A stretch of DNA of 63,950 nt, the filler included, from Octopus bimaculoides (lineage: Eukaryota), in NCBI RefSeq assembly GCF_001194135.2. It is 5 parts of 5 records of this genome, joined end to end, with 100 filler letters (N's around TTAATTAATTAA, not from the genome) between each part and the next. Parts side by side here need not be neighbours in the genome. Positions count along the whole stretch, not along the records: positions 8,964 to 24,318 come from NC_069007.1; positions 24,419 to 35,180 come from NC_068987.1; positions 35,281 to 62,793 come from NC_069002.1; 2 more parts are not named here. One strand, given 5' to 3'. Positions 24,159-38,574 of the stretch are shown here, piece by piece. Each line of letters begins with the position of its first letter. Position 1 is the first letter of the stretch. The translations under genes were made by a program, and so were the position numbers. The notes under the pieces were generated by a model. That model saw nothing but the letters and a program-made list of their open reading frames with translations. It searched no databases and was not told the origin of the DNA.

Positions 24159-25589
24159 TGTCATCATCATCACCATATTCTTATAGCTGTTCCCCACCGT
24201 CTTCTTCTTCTTCTTCTTCTTCTTCTTCTTCCTCTACCTCCACCTTTTTCTTCTCTTTCGTGTTCCAAAATTATGTGGGGCGAAAACTTGACAAACACTC
24301 AACCTCTTCATATATATANNNNNNNNNNNNNNNNNNNNNNNNNNNNNNNNNNNNNNNNNNNNTTAATTAATTAANNNNNNNNNNNNNNNNNNNNNNNNNN
24401 NNNNNNNNNNNNNNNNNNTATATATATATATATATATATATATATCTGTGTATGCGTGTATGCATGTGTGTGTCCCTGCTTCTAGGTGTATCTAACATTG
24501 AGCTTTGACAGTTGGCCCGGCATGGCGTCGTAAACTTTGAGTAGGAGGAGGAGGTAGTAGAATATAACAATGAAGATTATAGTGGTAATGATGATGACGA
24601 TGGTGACAATGACGTGTTTTTTCGTTCTTGCTTCACTTGTTGGTCACGATCGCATATGATCATCGACGAGTCTGTCGGATGTCAAAATAGCCGCTCACAG
24701 TTCATCCCTCTGATTGTCGCAGCGTTGAAGTGTTACCATTCCACTGGGTAGGTGAGCAGGCAAGAAACACCACCACCACCACCAAGAAATAAATGCCGGT
24801 CAGTTGCTCGGTTGATCGCTTAGAGCTGAATGGACTATAACAACGAGAAATTAAGTGTTTTGCACAAGAACTCAACGCGCCGCTTAGTTGCGACAAATAA
24901 CCACGATATTTCGTCGATGAGAGCAACATTATAACACTAGTTATTGAATATTTACACGGTCAAATAAATACATAGCAGAGTGATAACAATAATTTCTAAT
25001 TTTGACACAAGGCCAGTACATATCAAGGGGTTGGTCTTTGACTGGTTCTATATTTGATCGAGCACAAAACAAAGAAAGACATATATTACCGTGACGATGT
25101 TGCAACTCAAATCGTAAAGATCCGGAGTCAATACCACACAAAGCATATTGTCCGACGTGAAAGTGAGTCTGCCAAGTGGCAGCCTTAAATTAATCGAGAT
25201 AATAATTGAGGCGACAGTGATGAAATTATCTTTAAAAGACCATATTGTTGTTGAATATTGAATACTTTCGCTGCTATTTTATAATGATTGAGATGTAAGT
25301 TAATAATAACGAATAAAATGGTACATGTTTGTGCTGATGAAAATGAGGAGGAGGAGAGAAAAGAGAGTACTGCTATCATTTTCTTTAATGATGAAGAATA
25401 TACTAGTAGCAATAGAAGCAGCAGCAACTATTATAGCGATTATGATGATGATAATCAATATTTCTACAATTAAACTTTCAGGATATATTTGAATGTCTAA
25501 TTATTGTTATTATTATTATTATTATTGAGTGAAAGAGCAGTGCATGCCATCAAAATGACACTGGGATAAAATATACGTTTCGATTGGAT

Positions 25590-26030
25590 ATATCTGTTTG
25601 GAATGGGAAATCCCAGAGCGTTTAGCTAGTCTCCGACTCTACCACTCTCTGCTGTTTGTGCTCATCCCACGTCTTGCCTGTCTCTAGCCCAGACTTTTCG
25701 CACAGTTTCTAATGTAGCCCTTTTGCTACCTGGGCATGTCAGCACAACTTGTATTGGCACTCGTTCGCGATATGGGCAACGTTTTTATCCAAACTTTTCC
25801 AGAGACAGCGCAGCAGAGACACTTGCTCATTCCTAAATTGACCCTCCTGTTCGTGGCGAACGCTTGGTCTTGTGCTACCAGTTTAGTCCTCTCGGTCTCA
25901 TTTTTTAGGGCTCCTTTCTTCAGCCACTTCCCCCTATATCTTCCAGCAAATTCTGTTGTTGCTACATGGAATTGATTGTGCAGTCGCTATTTGCGTAATT
26001 TTTCTTCATGTCCTTTTTGAACTTCTTCCA
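25590..26030 (-). mobile_element. R4/Dong fragment B (pre-knuckle to LWDF region), heavily decayed
   Basis: Minus translation LHNQFHVATTEFAGRYRGKWLKKGALKNETERTKLVAQDQAFATN ... NVAHIANEC..YKLC*HAQVAKGLH*KLCEKSGLETGKTWDEHKQQRVVESETS*TLWDFPFQTD. Confidence 0.8.
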
Positions 26031-26031
26031 C

Positions 26032-26470
26032 TTATTTTTCAAGCACATTCCGGAGTATTCGAGCGGTTCCACGCAGTGCTGTTTTCTGCAAGTCCTCCTC
26101 CCTTATTGCAGCCCCTATTTGTTCCACGTACTTCTCGAGATTTTTGCTCACTTTTCTCAGGGCTCCGACAATTATTGGTACTACTGCTACCTTTTTAATC
26201 GACCATAACTGCTTAACATCCCAAGCTAACCTGTCATATCTCTCAACTTTTCTTTCTTCCTTATTGCATATCTTGTTGTCAGCTGGGCATACTATATCTA
26301 TGGTCGAGCATAGTTTGTTTTCTTTCTCAATTAAGACTATGTCTGGCTTCCTATTTTCTATCTCATGGTCGCACTGAATCATAAAATCCCATAGGATCTT
26401 TGCATTTCTATTTTCGACGATGCCTTCAGGTTTGTTGTCGTACTAATTTTTTGCTCTGACAAGTTCATAC
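26032..26470 (-). mobile_element. R4/Dong fragment A: RLE endonuclease C-terminus
   Basis: KPEGIVENRNAKILWDFMIQCDHEIENRKPDIVLIEKENKLCSTIDIVCPAD...KEERKVERYDRLAWDVKQLWSIKKVAVVPIIVGALRKV...LQKTALRGTARILRNVLEK*, a PD-(D/E)xK RLE. The 5' part runs into a gap. Confidence 0.9.
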
Positions 26471-27799
26471 NNNNNNNNNNNNNNNNNNNNNNNNNNNNNN
26501 NNNNNNNNNNNNNNNNNNNNNNNNNNNNNNNNNNNNNNNNNNNNNNNNNNNNNNNNNNNNNNNNNNNNNNNNNNNNNNNNNNNNNNNNNNNNNNNNNNNN
26601 NNNNNNNNNNNNNNNNNNNNNNNNNNNNNNNNNNNNNNNNNNNNNNNNNNNNNNNNNNNNNNNNNNNNNNNNNNNNNNNNNNNNNNNNNNNNNNNNNNNN
26701 NNNNNNNNNNNNNNNNNNNNNNNNNNNNNNNNNNNNNNNNNNNNNNNNNNNNNNNNNNNNNNNGACATCAAATCAAGCCATTGCATTGCGTCTCAGACGT
26801 CATTATTAAAAGGGAAAACAAAATTAGATATCTTCTCTAATAATTCAAGTTAAAAATAAATAATAGAAAAAAAAAAGCAACGTGTTTTCATTTTCTTCAC
26901 GTAATTCACGAAATTCGACTTTGAGAAAAAAGACCTTTCATCAAAACAAAAATGAAAAAGAGACAATGAAATAACACAATTTTTTCCGATACCTAATCAG
27001 TGGTTTTTAAATAACTTCCTATAGGATGACAGTTTTGAAGACTTGATAGAAATAACAATATAACGCTTGAGAAAAAAAAAATATAAAAGAAAAACAAAGA
27101 CAGAACAATTGTTCCTCAATAACAAGGAAATGCTACTTGTCAGGAATGAATACTGTAGTGTGAGATGTTATCAAAGTTGGACTTTAAATGAAAACTATCT
27201 TAGGAAGTATTTAACATATTTTAAGATATTTTTAGATTCTTCTATATCTTCCTGTGAAAACTGTAGTTGTGCACTTCACTAGATATAATCGAGAGATAGT
27301 TATTTGAATGATTGCAATAAAATTATCATTTTAATAGCGAAGACAAAAATAACATTCATCTATGATGATCGTTTTATGTTGAAGTTTTAGACTATCAGAA
27401 CATGATGTATGGCATAAGTTGTTTCACCTGCATTTACGGTTCCCTAAGATTGGGGACTAATGTATGTGTGTATGTATGTATGCATGTTTGTATGTATGTA
27501 TACATGCATAATTATCTATATGCAAATCTACATACATACACACATACATACAAATATGCATACATACAAACACACACATAATACGTACATACATACATAC
27601 CTATAAATAACCATACATTCAGGCTTCACTAGTTCAGTTTTTATTTAAAATTTACATGATGTATTTGTATGAAACAGTTTTTGTGTTGTTTAGTTTTCAC
27701 CTGAAACTTATATACGAACAAGCTGTGATAAGTTATTCTATGGTAACATAGAAAAACTGCTTCTCTCCAGGAAATATCTTGGAGAATGTTTCCTACTTA

Positions 27800-28110
27800 C
27801 TAACCATGGGATTGCACCTAGTAAGTTCCCCTATGAAGCACAAGTCCGGGCAAGTTTATTTATGGAACACGAGTAGTTGCCTTGTATGCCAGTGTCCCCT
27901 CTCTGCGTCACCGATATTATCCAAAGAAAAGGCAAAGGCCGATACAGCATGGCACTTGTGATGGAGCAACTAATTTCTACAACTGAGTGAAATGAAGCAA
28001 TGTGAAATAAAATGGTTTCTACAAGAACACATCACACATCTCATTCCAAGAATCAAACTGACGAATTGATGTTTGTGAGCCCGATTCTCTAACCCTTGAG
28101 CCATGCGCCT
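27800..28110 (-). mobile_element. SINE family C, 3' body type 2
   Basis: The minus strand starts aggcgcatggctcaagggttag and has the core ttttatttcacattgcttcatttcactcagttgtagaaattag, then a different body (gtgccatgctgtatcggcctttgccttt...aacttgcccggacttgtgc). Another core fragment lies at ~24790-24880(-). Confidence 0.65.
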
Positions 28111-28570
28111 TCACGACATAGACTAAAGCCCTCCTAAAATCATATCCTGCCATTTTGAACAATTTAAAGGAAAGAGATTCACTACCTTAATAGTTCACCC
28201 ATAGTTAAACTTACACAGGGATTTTAGTGAATGGGATGCGTTTTTTCATGATCATAATTTGTCGCGATTGTATTCCGATTAATATCAAATATGTCCGTTT
28301 CACTTCCACTAGCAAAGGGACTTTATTCATTGTATAACGCATGAAATGAGAGCCCCTGTTTTAACTAAAGATTCGTGTTTCTACTATTTGACAAATTATA
28401 TACCCCACTTTGGGATGATTAAACATCATAACATTTGACAATTAGGTTCAGAAAATTCATGTTACATTGCATTCCAATATTCATGGTTAAGTTATTAGAA
28501 TTTAAATGTATTTACAGTAAATAAATCTGTGCAGTCTGTTTTAACCAGTAAAAACAGTATAATGTGCACA

Positions 28571-28980
28571 GGCGTAGGAGTGGCTGTGTGGTAAGTAGCT
28601 AGCTTACCAACCACATGGTCCCGGGTTCAGTCCCACTGCGCGGCATCTTGGGCAAGTGTTTTCTACTATAGCCTCGGGCCGACCAAAGCCTTGTGAGTGG
28701 ATTTGGTAGACGGAAACTGAAAGAAGCCCGTCGTATATATGTATATATATATGTATGTGTGTGTGTATGTTTGTATGTGTGTGTTTGTCCCCCCAACATC
28801 GCTTGACAACCGATGCTGGTGTGTTTATGTCCCCGTAACTTAGCGGTTCGGCAAAAGAGATCGATAGAATACGTACTAGGCTTCTAAAGAATAAGTCCTG
28901 GGGTCGATTTGCTCGACTAAAAGGCGGTGCTCCAGCATGGCCACAGTCAAAAGACTGAAACAAGTAAAAGAGTAAAAGAG
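28571..28980 (+). mobile_element. Full-length, young SINE family A (tRNA head, central microsatellite, 3' half with AGTAAAAG tail)
   Basis: A-box-like tggctgtgtgg (~28581) and B-box ggttcagtccc (28624-28634), an internal (TA)/(TG) tract at ~28734-28785, and an end of aacaagtaaaagagtaaaagag. Other copies or pieces: 21505-21640(-), 43870-43930(-), 49328-49490(+), 50131-50420(-), 50640-50720(+), 59703-60130(-). Confidence 0.9.
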
Positions 28981-29399
28981 CAATTTAATGATAGACATTT
29001 TAGCCAAATATTATCATCCTTACTAAATCTATTACCAAATCAAGATCGCTTTTGAAATCCAAAACATTTTTTTATGTTCGGAGCCTCCATGTCTTCGTTT
29101 TCAAATTAATTTTGTCCATGATCCAGTCACTGTATCTGTTAAATGAGAGACTGTATAATAATTATAAAACAAAATCTATAATTGGTATCATCCGCCACTG
29201 AAACCACAAATACATTTCAACACAATTTATCTGAGATGAATAAACGCTCAGAGATGATCCGAAATAGTTCAGTGGCTAATTTCTTTGATATTAACATACT
29301 AATTCGATCACTTTCCTTTGGAAAGCCTACTTATACAGTAAAAACTAATTCACCTGACTGTCGTCGGAAAAGTTATCAGTACTTCTAATAAACTTGTTT

Positions 29400-30500
29400 G
29401 TGATACATTGAGATACTGTTAAGTTAATAGTATAGAATTAATAATTTACGAAAGAAATAGTTGGGAGATAACTGACGTTCCAGAGTAAGCAATTCCACGT
29501 GATGGCAATACTCGTTGTTCAGTTGTTCAGAAAATACAGCAAATTATGTTAACATAAAACAGGACTTGTAATATATACGTCTTGAGTGAGACCTTCACTG
29601 GAAAATATTAATCAAGGGTGACGGCAAAATATTCTTCTCCGGGGAAAAACTTGAATGGTACTTAATACATTATGCTTAGAAAAAAAAGTAAAGCATGTGC
29701 ATTGGTCGCGATTAAAAACGGTAACGCATGTGTCTTGGCCACAATTTACTTTATGTAGAGAAAGAGAAAGAGAGAGAGATATAGAGAGATAGACTGAAAG
29801 AATGAAACAAAGAGAGGTGAAGAGTTTATGTAGAATAGTGGTTAGCTATGAGGCATATTGTGCGAGGAGAATAAAATAGAGACAATCTAATGAACGGTAA
29901 CGTTGTTGATTTAAGGAGACTGGTGGCAGATATGCACAGGACTCTATGTGTGGGTTGCAGAACCTGAGAAGAATCTTCAAGATTTAATAGAGTCGGTAGC
30001 ATGGAGGAGAATGTCGAGTGGGCAACAAATTTAGAGGATCTTTTCCTCGAAAATATTGAGAATTATAATGTTTGAATCGAGGAGGAAACAAAAATTGCCC
30101 AAATTTTGGAGAGATCCTTATAGTAAAAGGTGAACAGAATCAACGAAGGCTTTTGCGACAGAAGATGTTGAGGTCTGCACTAAGCACGCATATATGCTCT
30201 AAATCGTGGATTGTAGACGTTGTGAGGATGCATGAGAGACGACGTTAGTTTGTAGATGTGGTAGAGTTTCTACAAAAATGTTGTCAATGCTTTTGTCAGA
30301 AGTTCTTCAATGTTATGTAGAAAATGTTTGGCTGATTAGGAATTATTTTTCTCTTTATTTCTGCTTAGAAGATGAAAAATTTATCGATGACAAGGATTTC
30401 AGTCAGAAGTATAGATAGTTTTGGTTGCTCAGGTTTGAAGCACAAGTTCTAAGTTTGATAGTTAACATAAAAGTACGTGATTTTAGAAAATGTTTACGTT
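29400..30500 (-). mobile_element. Possible very old CR1/L2-group LINE remnant
   Basis: Purine-rich plus strand. Minus translation gives only fragmentary similarity (e.g. DLEHICVLSADLNIF, cf. CR1 DL..I..W..; TSIAITWNCL near the 3' end, cf. RT..LWN.LP). Confidence 0.3.
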
Positions 30501-32516
30501 TTATATAATGCTACTTCGTATTATTTTGTTAGGGATTCTGTTGTGGATGCCATACATCTCCGTATACGTTTTGTACAAATTTATGATCATGATGGAGAGG
30601 CACCAAGTTTGACAACAATTTAAAAAAATATTCTCAGTCTGACTGATTTTGGAAGAAACGTTCACATGTGCAAGAAAGAGGGCTCCAATGACGATATATA
30701 TAGTTTTTTTTTCTGTCCCATACAGCTATATTACACCTGATATGGTTGCAATTGACAAACGTCTTCTTGGAGCAAAGTTATTAATGATAATTTTTATGGA
30801 TGTATGTATGAATTGGATGAGATAACTTTTTGATAACATTTGGGGGGCAGGTATTCCTGAGTATTGTATTGTATATTTTCGGAGACATAACAATATGCCG
30901 CATAATTGTGTTCGTAATTTGATAACTCGTTGTGGAAGCTACGGAGCACATGAGACCACTTTCATATATATATTTGATATAGACGACAATACTACATATA
31001 CACTCTGTCGGTTGAAATATCACGCTTTGGTCCATGAAGTATCTCCTATCTATTTTCTCATCTTGGGTAGCACAGTTTAATAGATTTCCTTTTTCCATTC
31101 ATTTGTGGACGTTTGGTTGATTCAGTTATCATCCCCAGGGTTCTATAGCAGAAATTTACTGAGTATTACAACAATAACAACAACAACAATAACAACAACA
31201 ACAACAACTAATAAAATGAGACACGCATTAATATACAGTCATGAATGGTACATATACATATAGGATGATATTTGTGAGCGTAATGAAGTATGAATTCAAA
31301 GTTTTAAACATTGAAGAGAACGATCTTTTCTTTAAAAACACAATGGCATTCACCCAACGTGAAAAAGCACTCAGAGAGGACTACACAAAGAAAAATATTT
31401 CATACACTATAACACGCATGGATTATGGAAATCTAAGTAGTACGAAAAATGACCATAAATTAGTGAAAAAATGTAGCAAGTTTTTTATATTGCATGTATA
31501 TATACAAACGTCTAATAGAATATAACACCGTCTAACACCGTCTTTTATTTGAAACAAAATTTGTATGCGACTCTGAAAACGAGGGAGTAGCTGTATTAAC
31601 ATCAAGAGCATGGTTTGATAAAAATATCAGTTCAATCCCTATAAATTGACACCTTATCATCATGAAACAGTTTCGTATGACATATTAGGAAATGGAGTAC
31701 CAGGTATATTTCTCATGAAAAAACGTTGCAGTGGCCTTGGTTTGAATCAATACATGTCTTTTTATTTCCAGTTGAACATACTTGAAGACAACAAGAAAAA
31801 TGCAAGGAATACAGTAGACGCCATCTCTAGGTAGACATTACAGCTCTTAGAAAACGGAATTAAATATATTTTAAATCATATCTTTAAAATTACACGCAAC
31901 ACACCGATTGTGAACGCTCGAAATTTCACTTAAAATCTTACTTAATAAGTTAGTGCACAAACGCCTTAAATAACGGCATAAAAGACGAATAACCTCTCAC
32001 AACCCATTGTTTCGAATGATATATTATTATATGTATTTATATACTGTATGTATAAGATTTTGCCTCATTGGTACAGTCGGAATACGATTCTGGCATACGT
32101 ATTAGAAGTGAATTTTATCAAATATTTGGAAGCCTCGCTCGTCTGAAAATTTACATAATGAAGCTATATAATTTATATAAATAATTTCACATTTCCACTT
32201 AAGAAAGCACTACTTCCATAATTTCAAAACATCTTTTACCTTATAATTGTATTAACTTAAATAAAATGTGGTTTGCAATTTCATTAAAAATTATATATTC
32301 TCAATCTGCAGGTTTCCATTATCAACTTTATATCAGCAACCGTCTGTAACGGACACTTTAAATTCCAGGTTTAATGATCGTATTTTTATTTATCCACTGA
32401 AACTAATACAAAATTTATCAGTTTCTGCTTAGTTAACTATATTGGAGATAATTCAAATCATTGCATATAAGCAGATATTGAAATGCAATAAAGACACACA
32501 TATACATATGTATATT

Positions 32517-32560
<44 letters not shown>

Positions 32561-32612
32561 CACATATAGATATATACGCATACACACTCATACATATACA
32601 TATACACACTGA

Positions 32613-32662
<50 letters not shown>

Positions 32663-35280
32663 TATGTGCATATGTGCATATGTACATATTTATATTTGTC
32701 TCCTGTCGCTTAGGCTTAACAGCCTTCGTGCTTGTTTTCACTGTCCTGTTTGTGTTACCAATTTTGACCGTCCACACTTTGGCATAGCTTTTTTTATATA
32801 GATTTAAAAGGAAGATTTATTTCCCATTTGCAGCTAATTGAATCAGTGCGTAAATGCATCCTTTCAGTTGCGAATTTTTGCCCAATTTTAGGCGTAAGAA
32901 CACCGATGAAAGACTTCGTTTCTACACATGAGTTTATACTTGCCAGAAATTCCTATTAAGGTGGACATTCGACACTTTAGAAATAATGATACATTGGACC
33001 TCGTACTCTCGGTTATGGAACAAATCGGCTAATCCATGGCTCGAATAGATTTTATAAGAGCAATACTCTCATTTGTGCTAATGGACAAAACTGCCATAAT
33101 GAATATAAAGCAGTAAACAACGTGGTAGTTTGTCAACAATACTCATTCTTTAGAATTGAATATTTCGGCTGCTTCTATTGAAAATTATTCTAAACAATGT
33201 AGTCGATCTTTAGGTCTTTGTTGCACGTGATCGAACGATCTATGATCAAAACAGATGCAGTTATACTCTTCCAATTTTCAGTTTGTAATTTGTATATTCG
33301 GGACTACATCATGCAATATTTATAAATTGCACATTATTTCAAAGTGAATGGTCTCATATTTCGAATAGATCATGTGACTAAGTAGAAGGCCAAGCTTCCT
33401 TTTGTGCGTTTATTGACATTTTTAAATCAAAGCAAATATAAGAACTCTTGCGAATTCTATACAAATCGTTTGTTCCTCAAACGTTATTATACTTCGACAT
33501 GCAGAACTCTAGCCAAAAGCATCAGATACTACAGTACAGATAAATTAATTTGGCTGTCGCTTATTTATTTTGTATTCTTCATTCTGCATGTAGAACGTTG
33601 TTGTTTCACTCCAAACTACATTTCACAGATAATTTATGATCATATCAATTCAACTCCGTATTCCTAATATTGCATTTCCTCTTATCTTTATTTAGTTTTC
33701 CTGGATATCATTTCTCTTGTTATTTTTTATTATTTTTCAGTTTTTATTTTTTTCTTGTTTCACGATATTTACTCGTTTGTGTCGGCACCTGTAATTTGTT
33801 TGACATTCATTTTATCGACATCGGTAAGAGAAAATGCGAAGTCGCCAGAGAAGCAAAGGGGCACACAACCACAAAGTAACCAAATTCTAGTAAATTATTA
33901 TTTAAAGGAAAAGAAAATATTATTGGATCAATAAATTCATTTTCTTCATTTTATCCAAATTAACTTTGCGTTGTAGTACCCACTTGTTTTCCATTGTTTA
34001 TTTTCCCTCTATATCTTATTATTCGTCATTAACAGTTATAACATCGTTATCTTCTTTATTTTTTTTGTTTTTTTGGTTCCTCCCCACCTTCTTCCTTCTT
34101 TAACATCTTGCAATTTTTCCTTCTTTCCTCATCCTAGTCACCCCTCTAATGTCTTATTATTCTGCTCCAACACGTACTACATCGCGTTACTCCACTTTTA
34201 CCAACGATTGGTCGCTATTACTTCAGACAGTTGGGTATATCTCTCGTTAGAGTTTTCTCCATAAACAAAATTTCCCGGAATATTTTCTCCTCTCAGAATG
34301 GCAAAGTGATTTATTATTTGACATATTACTTTTCGTCCATGTAGACATCATCCTCCTTCCCTTGCATCTATCCTATACGTAAGGTTATACGAATCTTACT
34401 ATCGTATTTCCATTGCCGAAAATATTACATGGTTTATCGTTTTGAGCTATCCTACTAGTTCCTAATCGAGTGTTTTGGCAAATTACATTCGTGTGAGTGT
34501 GTGTGTGTGCTTCACTGTGTGTGTATGTGTGCGTTTGTGTGTGTCCATAGGCAAGCACTACACACACATTTATACAAATACCGGTATACACGAACGCATA
34601 CAAAATAACACGTAAACACACAGGAACACCAACTCACCCACACACACTAAATCCAAGTACGCTACTAGCATCTTGGATTCACATGAACAAACACACAAAC
34701 ACACAAACACACAAAGGCGTTGGCCATTTTTGCACTCTCCCGCCTTTAAACCCCACTTTTTTCCTATCTTTCTCCACTTCCACTCAGTTATATTTCAGTC
34801 ACACATGGACCCAACTGCTTTCCTCAACCTCTTTTTATCCTTCTCTCAGGGCAGTTCCTCTTTCTCGCGAAGTACTATGCTTGAAACTTCACCCAACCAT
34901 TTTCCTCATCATAAACTCACTCTGACCGTCAATCTGACATATTCACTACCTATGTTCTTTTCACGTTCGTATTTTTTGATGTCTTGTTGATATTTTGATT
35001 TGGCTATATATATAGGAAAATTATTGTTCTGAACTAAATGCATTAATCTGATTGGAAAATATGTAAACAATAAACAACAACATTTCAAAACACGATTTAG
35101 TCATGTCCTTAAAAACATCATAGATAGATGAATGGATAGATGGTTAGATAGATATATAGATAAACAGATAGAGAAGGAGGNNNNNNNNNNNNNNNNNNNN
35201 NNNNNNNNNNNNNNNNNNNNNNNNTTAATTAATTAANNNNNNNNNNNNNNNNNNNNNNNNNNNNNNNNNNNNNNNNNNNN

Positions 35281-35320
<40 letters not shown>

Positions 35321-37869
35321 TTAAAGATACGTGAGAAAGTTGTATGATTATAAGTCCAGGGAGATAGAGAGTTCGGTTAAAAGGCACAACGAAAAATATG
35401 TAAAAACATATTCACCAATATCTAAATAATATAACGACAATTAGCTTCACCACATTACTACTCCTGCATCCTCTTGGTTCATTACCTAGCTACCCCACAT
35501 CCCACTCCACTACCAATCTCATCTACCTAACTGCGCCTCTATCACAGCTCCTCTATCCACCCCCCATGCGAACCACTACTACACTCTCTCCAACTGAAAT
35601 GAATCAAAATTGAAAGAATATTAGGATTAAGCGAATGATGTGATTTATTTCCCGTCCTCCTGTCTTCAGAATTAAACAGCTCATTAAGTTAATTGTTTTT
35701 TCTTATATTATATATTATTTTCATGAGTTTCTCCTTTTCCTGTTTCTAGAGTTTATTAAATTAAATCATGTATATATATATATATATTGTGTTTGTTTTC
35801 CTGATTTTATCTTGTTTTAAAAAATTAAATGACAAAAAGCAACCAAACGAAAATTCCTTTCCATAAAATTACGTATGTTTTTAGAGATTGTAGAAAACAC
35901 ATCCGAAAAACCAGGAAAAATATAAAGAATCTTTGGCGGAGAAACGGGGGCGGACTAATATGAAAATTAAATGAAGATGAAAATTAAATTGTATCAAACA
36001 AACAAAAGAAAGGAACAAAAAAAAAACGGAGCAAACGAAAACAAAAGAGACACACAAAGCAGAACACTAAATAAAACAGGGTTAAGATTTAAGGATTAAA
36101 GTTTGTAGTAAAATGAGTCGAAGATTAAATTTTGTTTTTAATTTATACGATTTGAATTAACGCTTTTGAGAAGTCGTACTTAAAGCTTTGAAAATGCGTG
36201 TGTATGATAAACAAGTATTCCATGCATTAAATGTTTTGAGGATGAAAAGATGGTGAGCAGACAGAATCGTTGCTACGCCTCATAAAAATGCTTAGTGATA
36301 TTTATGTTCTGAGTCCAAAAACCGTCGAAGTCAACGTTGCAGTTCATTCTTTGTGGCTCGATAAAATATCTCTTGGTTTATTACTAAAGGCGATACGATC
36401 GGTTATCAAGCGTTGCGCCTATAAGAGAAAGAGTTAATGGTATTGGGATACAGTGGTAAAACGCCAAGCGACATTTCTTTTGGTACTGTACGTTCTGAGT
36501 TCGAATTCCGCGCAGGTAGAAAGCTACCTAAAGCTGTGGTGACTGCGTCGCATCGCCGCCATTTGAAGCAGTTCACTATCATAAGATATTACGTATATGT
36601 TTTTTGAAAACAACCTAATAATTTGTAGTGAGGCTTACGGTACTTTCTAACTTAAGGAGACGATTTCATTGGTGTTTATGTTACCTTGATTCTCGGAAAA
36701 AAAAAGAAAAAATTCACACCTGGTGGGATTTGAACTCAGTTCGTAAAATTACTACCGGTGACTGTAGCTTACTTTATTTGATACTCTATCTGAAACCCTT
36801 ACGACAATACTGGCAAAAATAAAAACAATAAAACGAGTAAGTACATCATCACCATCGTTGTCGTCGTCATCATCATCATCTGTAGCAGCAGCAGCAGCAG
36901 CGGCGGCAGCAGCAGCGGCGGCAGCAGATAGAACCATAGCTACTTCTTCACCACCACAACTAGGACGACGACGACGACGACCACCACCACCACCACCCCA
37001 CAACCACCACCACCACCACCACCACAACCACCACNNNNNNNNNNNNNNNNNNNNNNNNNNNNNNNNNNNNNNNNNNNNNNNNNNNNNNNNNNNNNNNNNN
37101 NNNNNNNNNNNNNNNNNNNNNNNNNNNNNNNNNNNNNNNNNNNNNNNNNNNNNNNNNNNNNNNNNNNNNNNNNNNNNNNNNNCATCATCATCTTCATCTT
37201 CCTCTTCATCGACGACGACAGTAACGAGAAAAGAACACCAACACAACATCAGAAAGAAGAAGAAGAAGAACAACAACAACCAAAACAATGACGCTCACAA
37301 CAAAAGGAAAAAAAAACAAAAAAGCACTCAACATGAAACATCAACGACAACAACAACAACACCAAGAAGCGCCACGTCACAGGTAAAAGGCGTGGCTGGC
37401 GAACGAAGCGAAAATTTAAAAAGCGATATTTTTTTGACGTCCATTTTGAGTTTATTCAAGAGAGAGAGAGAGAGATCCATATCGCGAAGTGAACGTACAT
37501 TTCTGAATATTCCGTTATGTAACGTTCTTTCATTACGGCAGATGGATTTCGGCTTTGCATTCTGTAGTCATTTCACAACAAATAATTAATAATATTAATG
37601 AATATTTCAATTAGAATTGGAATTTGTCTTAAGAATATTATTAGCCTGCCAGCGTATATACGTGCGCATGCGTACGTATAGATACACGCACGCACACACT
37701 TACGGTCTCTCTTCCCTTCTTTTTTCTTTCTTTCCCTCTTACTCTGCCTCCCCCCTCTCTCTCTCTCTCACACACACACACACAACCACGCCCACGGTAT
37801 CTTTCTATCTGTCTCTCACGCGTACACAAACGTAATTCTATCTCTTTCTCGCTCTCTCACACACATACA

Positions 37870-37955
<86 letters not shown>

Positions 37956-38530
37956 ATACTCACAGACACTCTCCTTTCTTTCTCTGTCTCTCTCTCTCTC
38001 TCCCTCACAAATATAAACATACACTCTCTCTTACACATACACACACACTCGCTTTCCCCTCCTTCTATCTCTTTCAGACACACTCTTCCACACACATAGT
38101 CACACACTCTCTCGTACACATACGCATACCTACTCGCGCACACACTTTGTGACACGCACACTTTGTTGCACACACATATATGTGCACACATACACATGCA
38201 AGCACATATCCGTATCGACGTATATCCTACATAAGATTACACATTCAACCATACATCTGCAGCCATGTGTATCTCTCTCTCCCTCCCCTCTCTCTCCCTC
38301 CCCTCTCTCTCCCTCCCCTCTCTCTCATACACACATACACACACGCACACTTACACACACATACTTGCATCCATTGTGTCTCATAAACGTATATGTACAC
38401 TTATAATTGCAGATACAAACATATACGTGAAACCATCGGTATCGTAAACGCATGCACAAATAAATATATATACCGACGCATACACGTATGCTCACGTACA
38501 CATATAAAGATTAAAACAAGCTCACATTTA

Positions 38531-38574
<44 letters not shown>

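Noticed and set aside
28571-28650. tRNA genes suggested by A/B boxes
   Set aside because: These are SINE heads: no complete cloverleaf, and each continues into a repeated SINE body.
30781-31830. ORFs of 60-105 aa in unique-looking sequence
   Set aside because: No recognisable motif. Possibly decayed transposon sequence, but unsupported.
37370-37525. bZIP-type motifs GCCACGTCA and GTTATGTAAC as a promoter or enhancer
   Set aside because: Short motifs are expected by chance in 64 kb, and there is no linked transcription start or conservation evidence.
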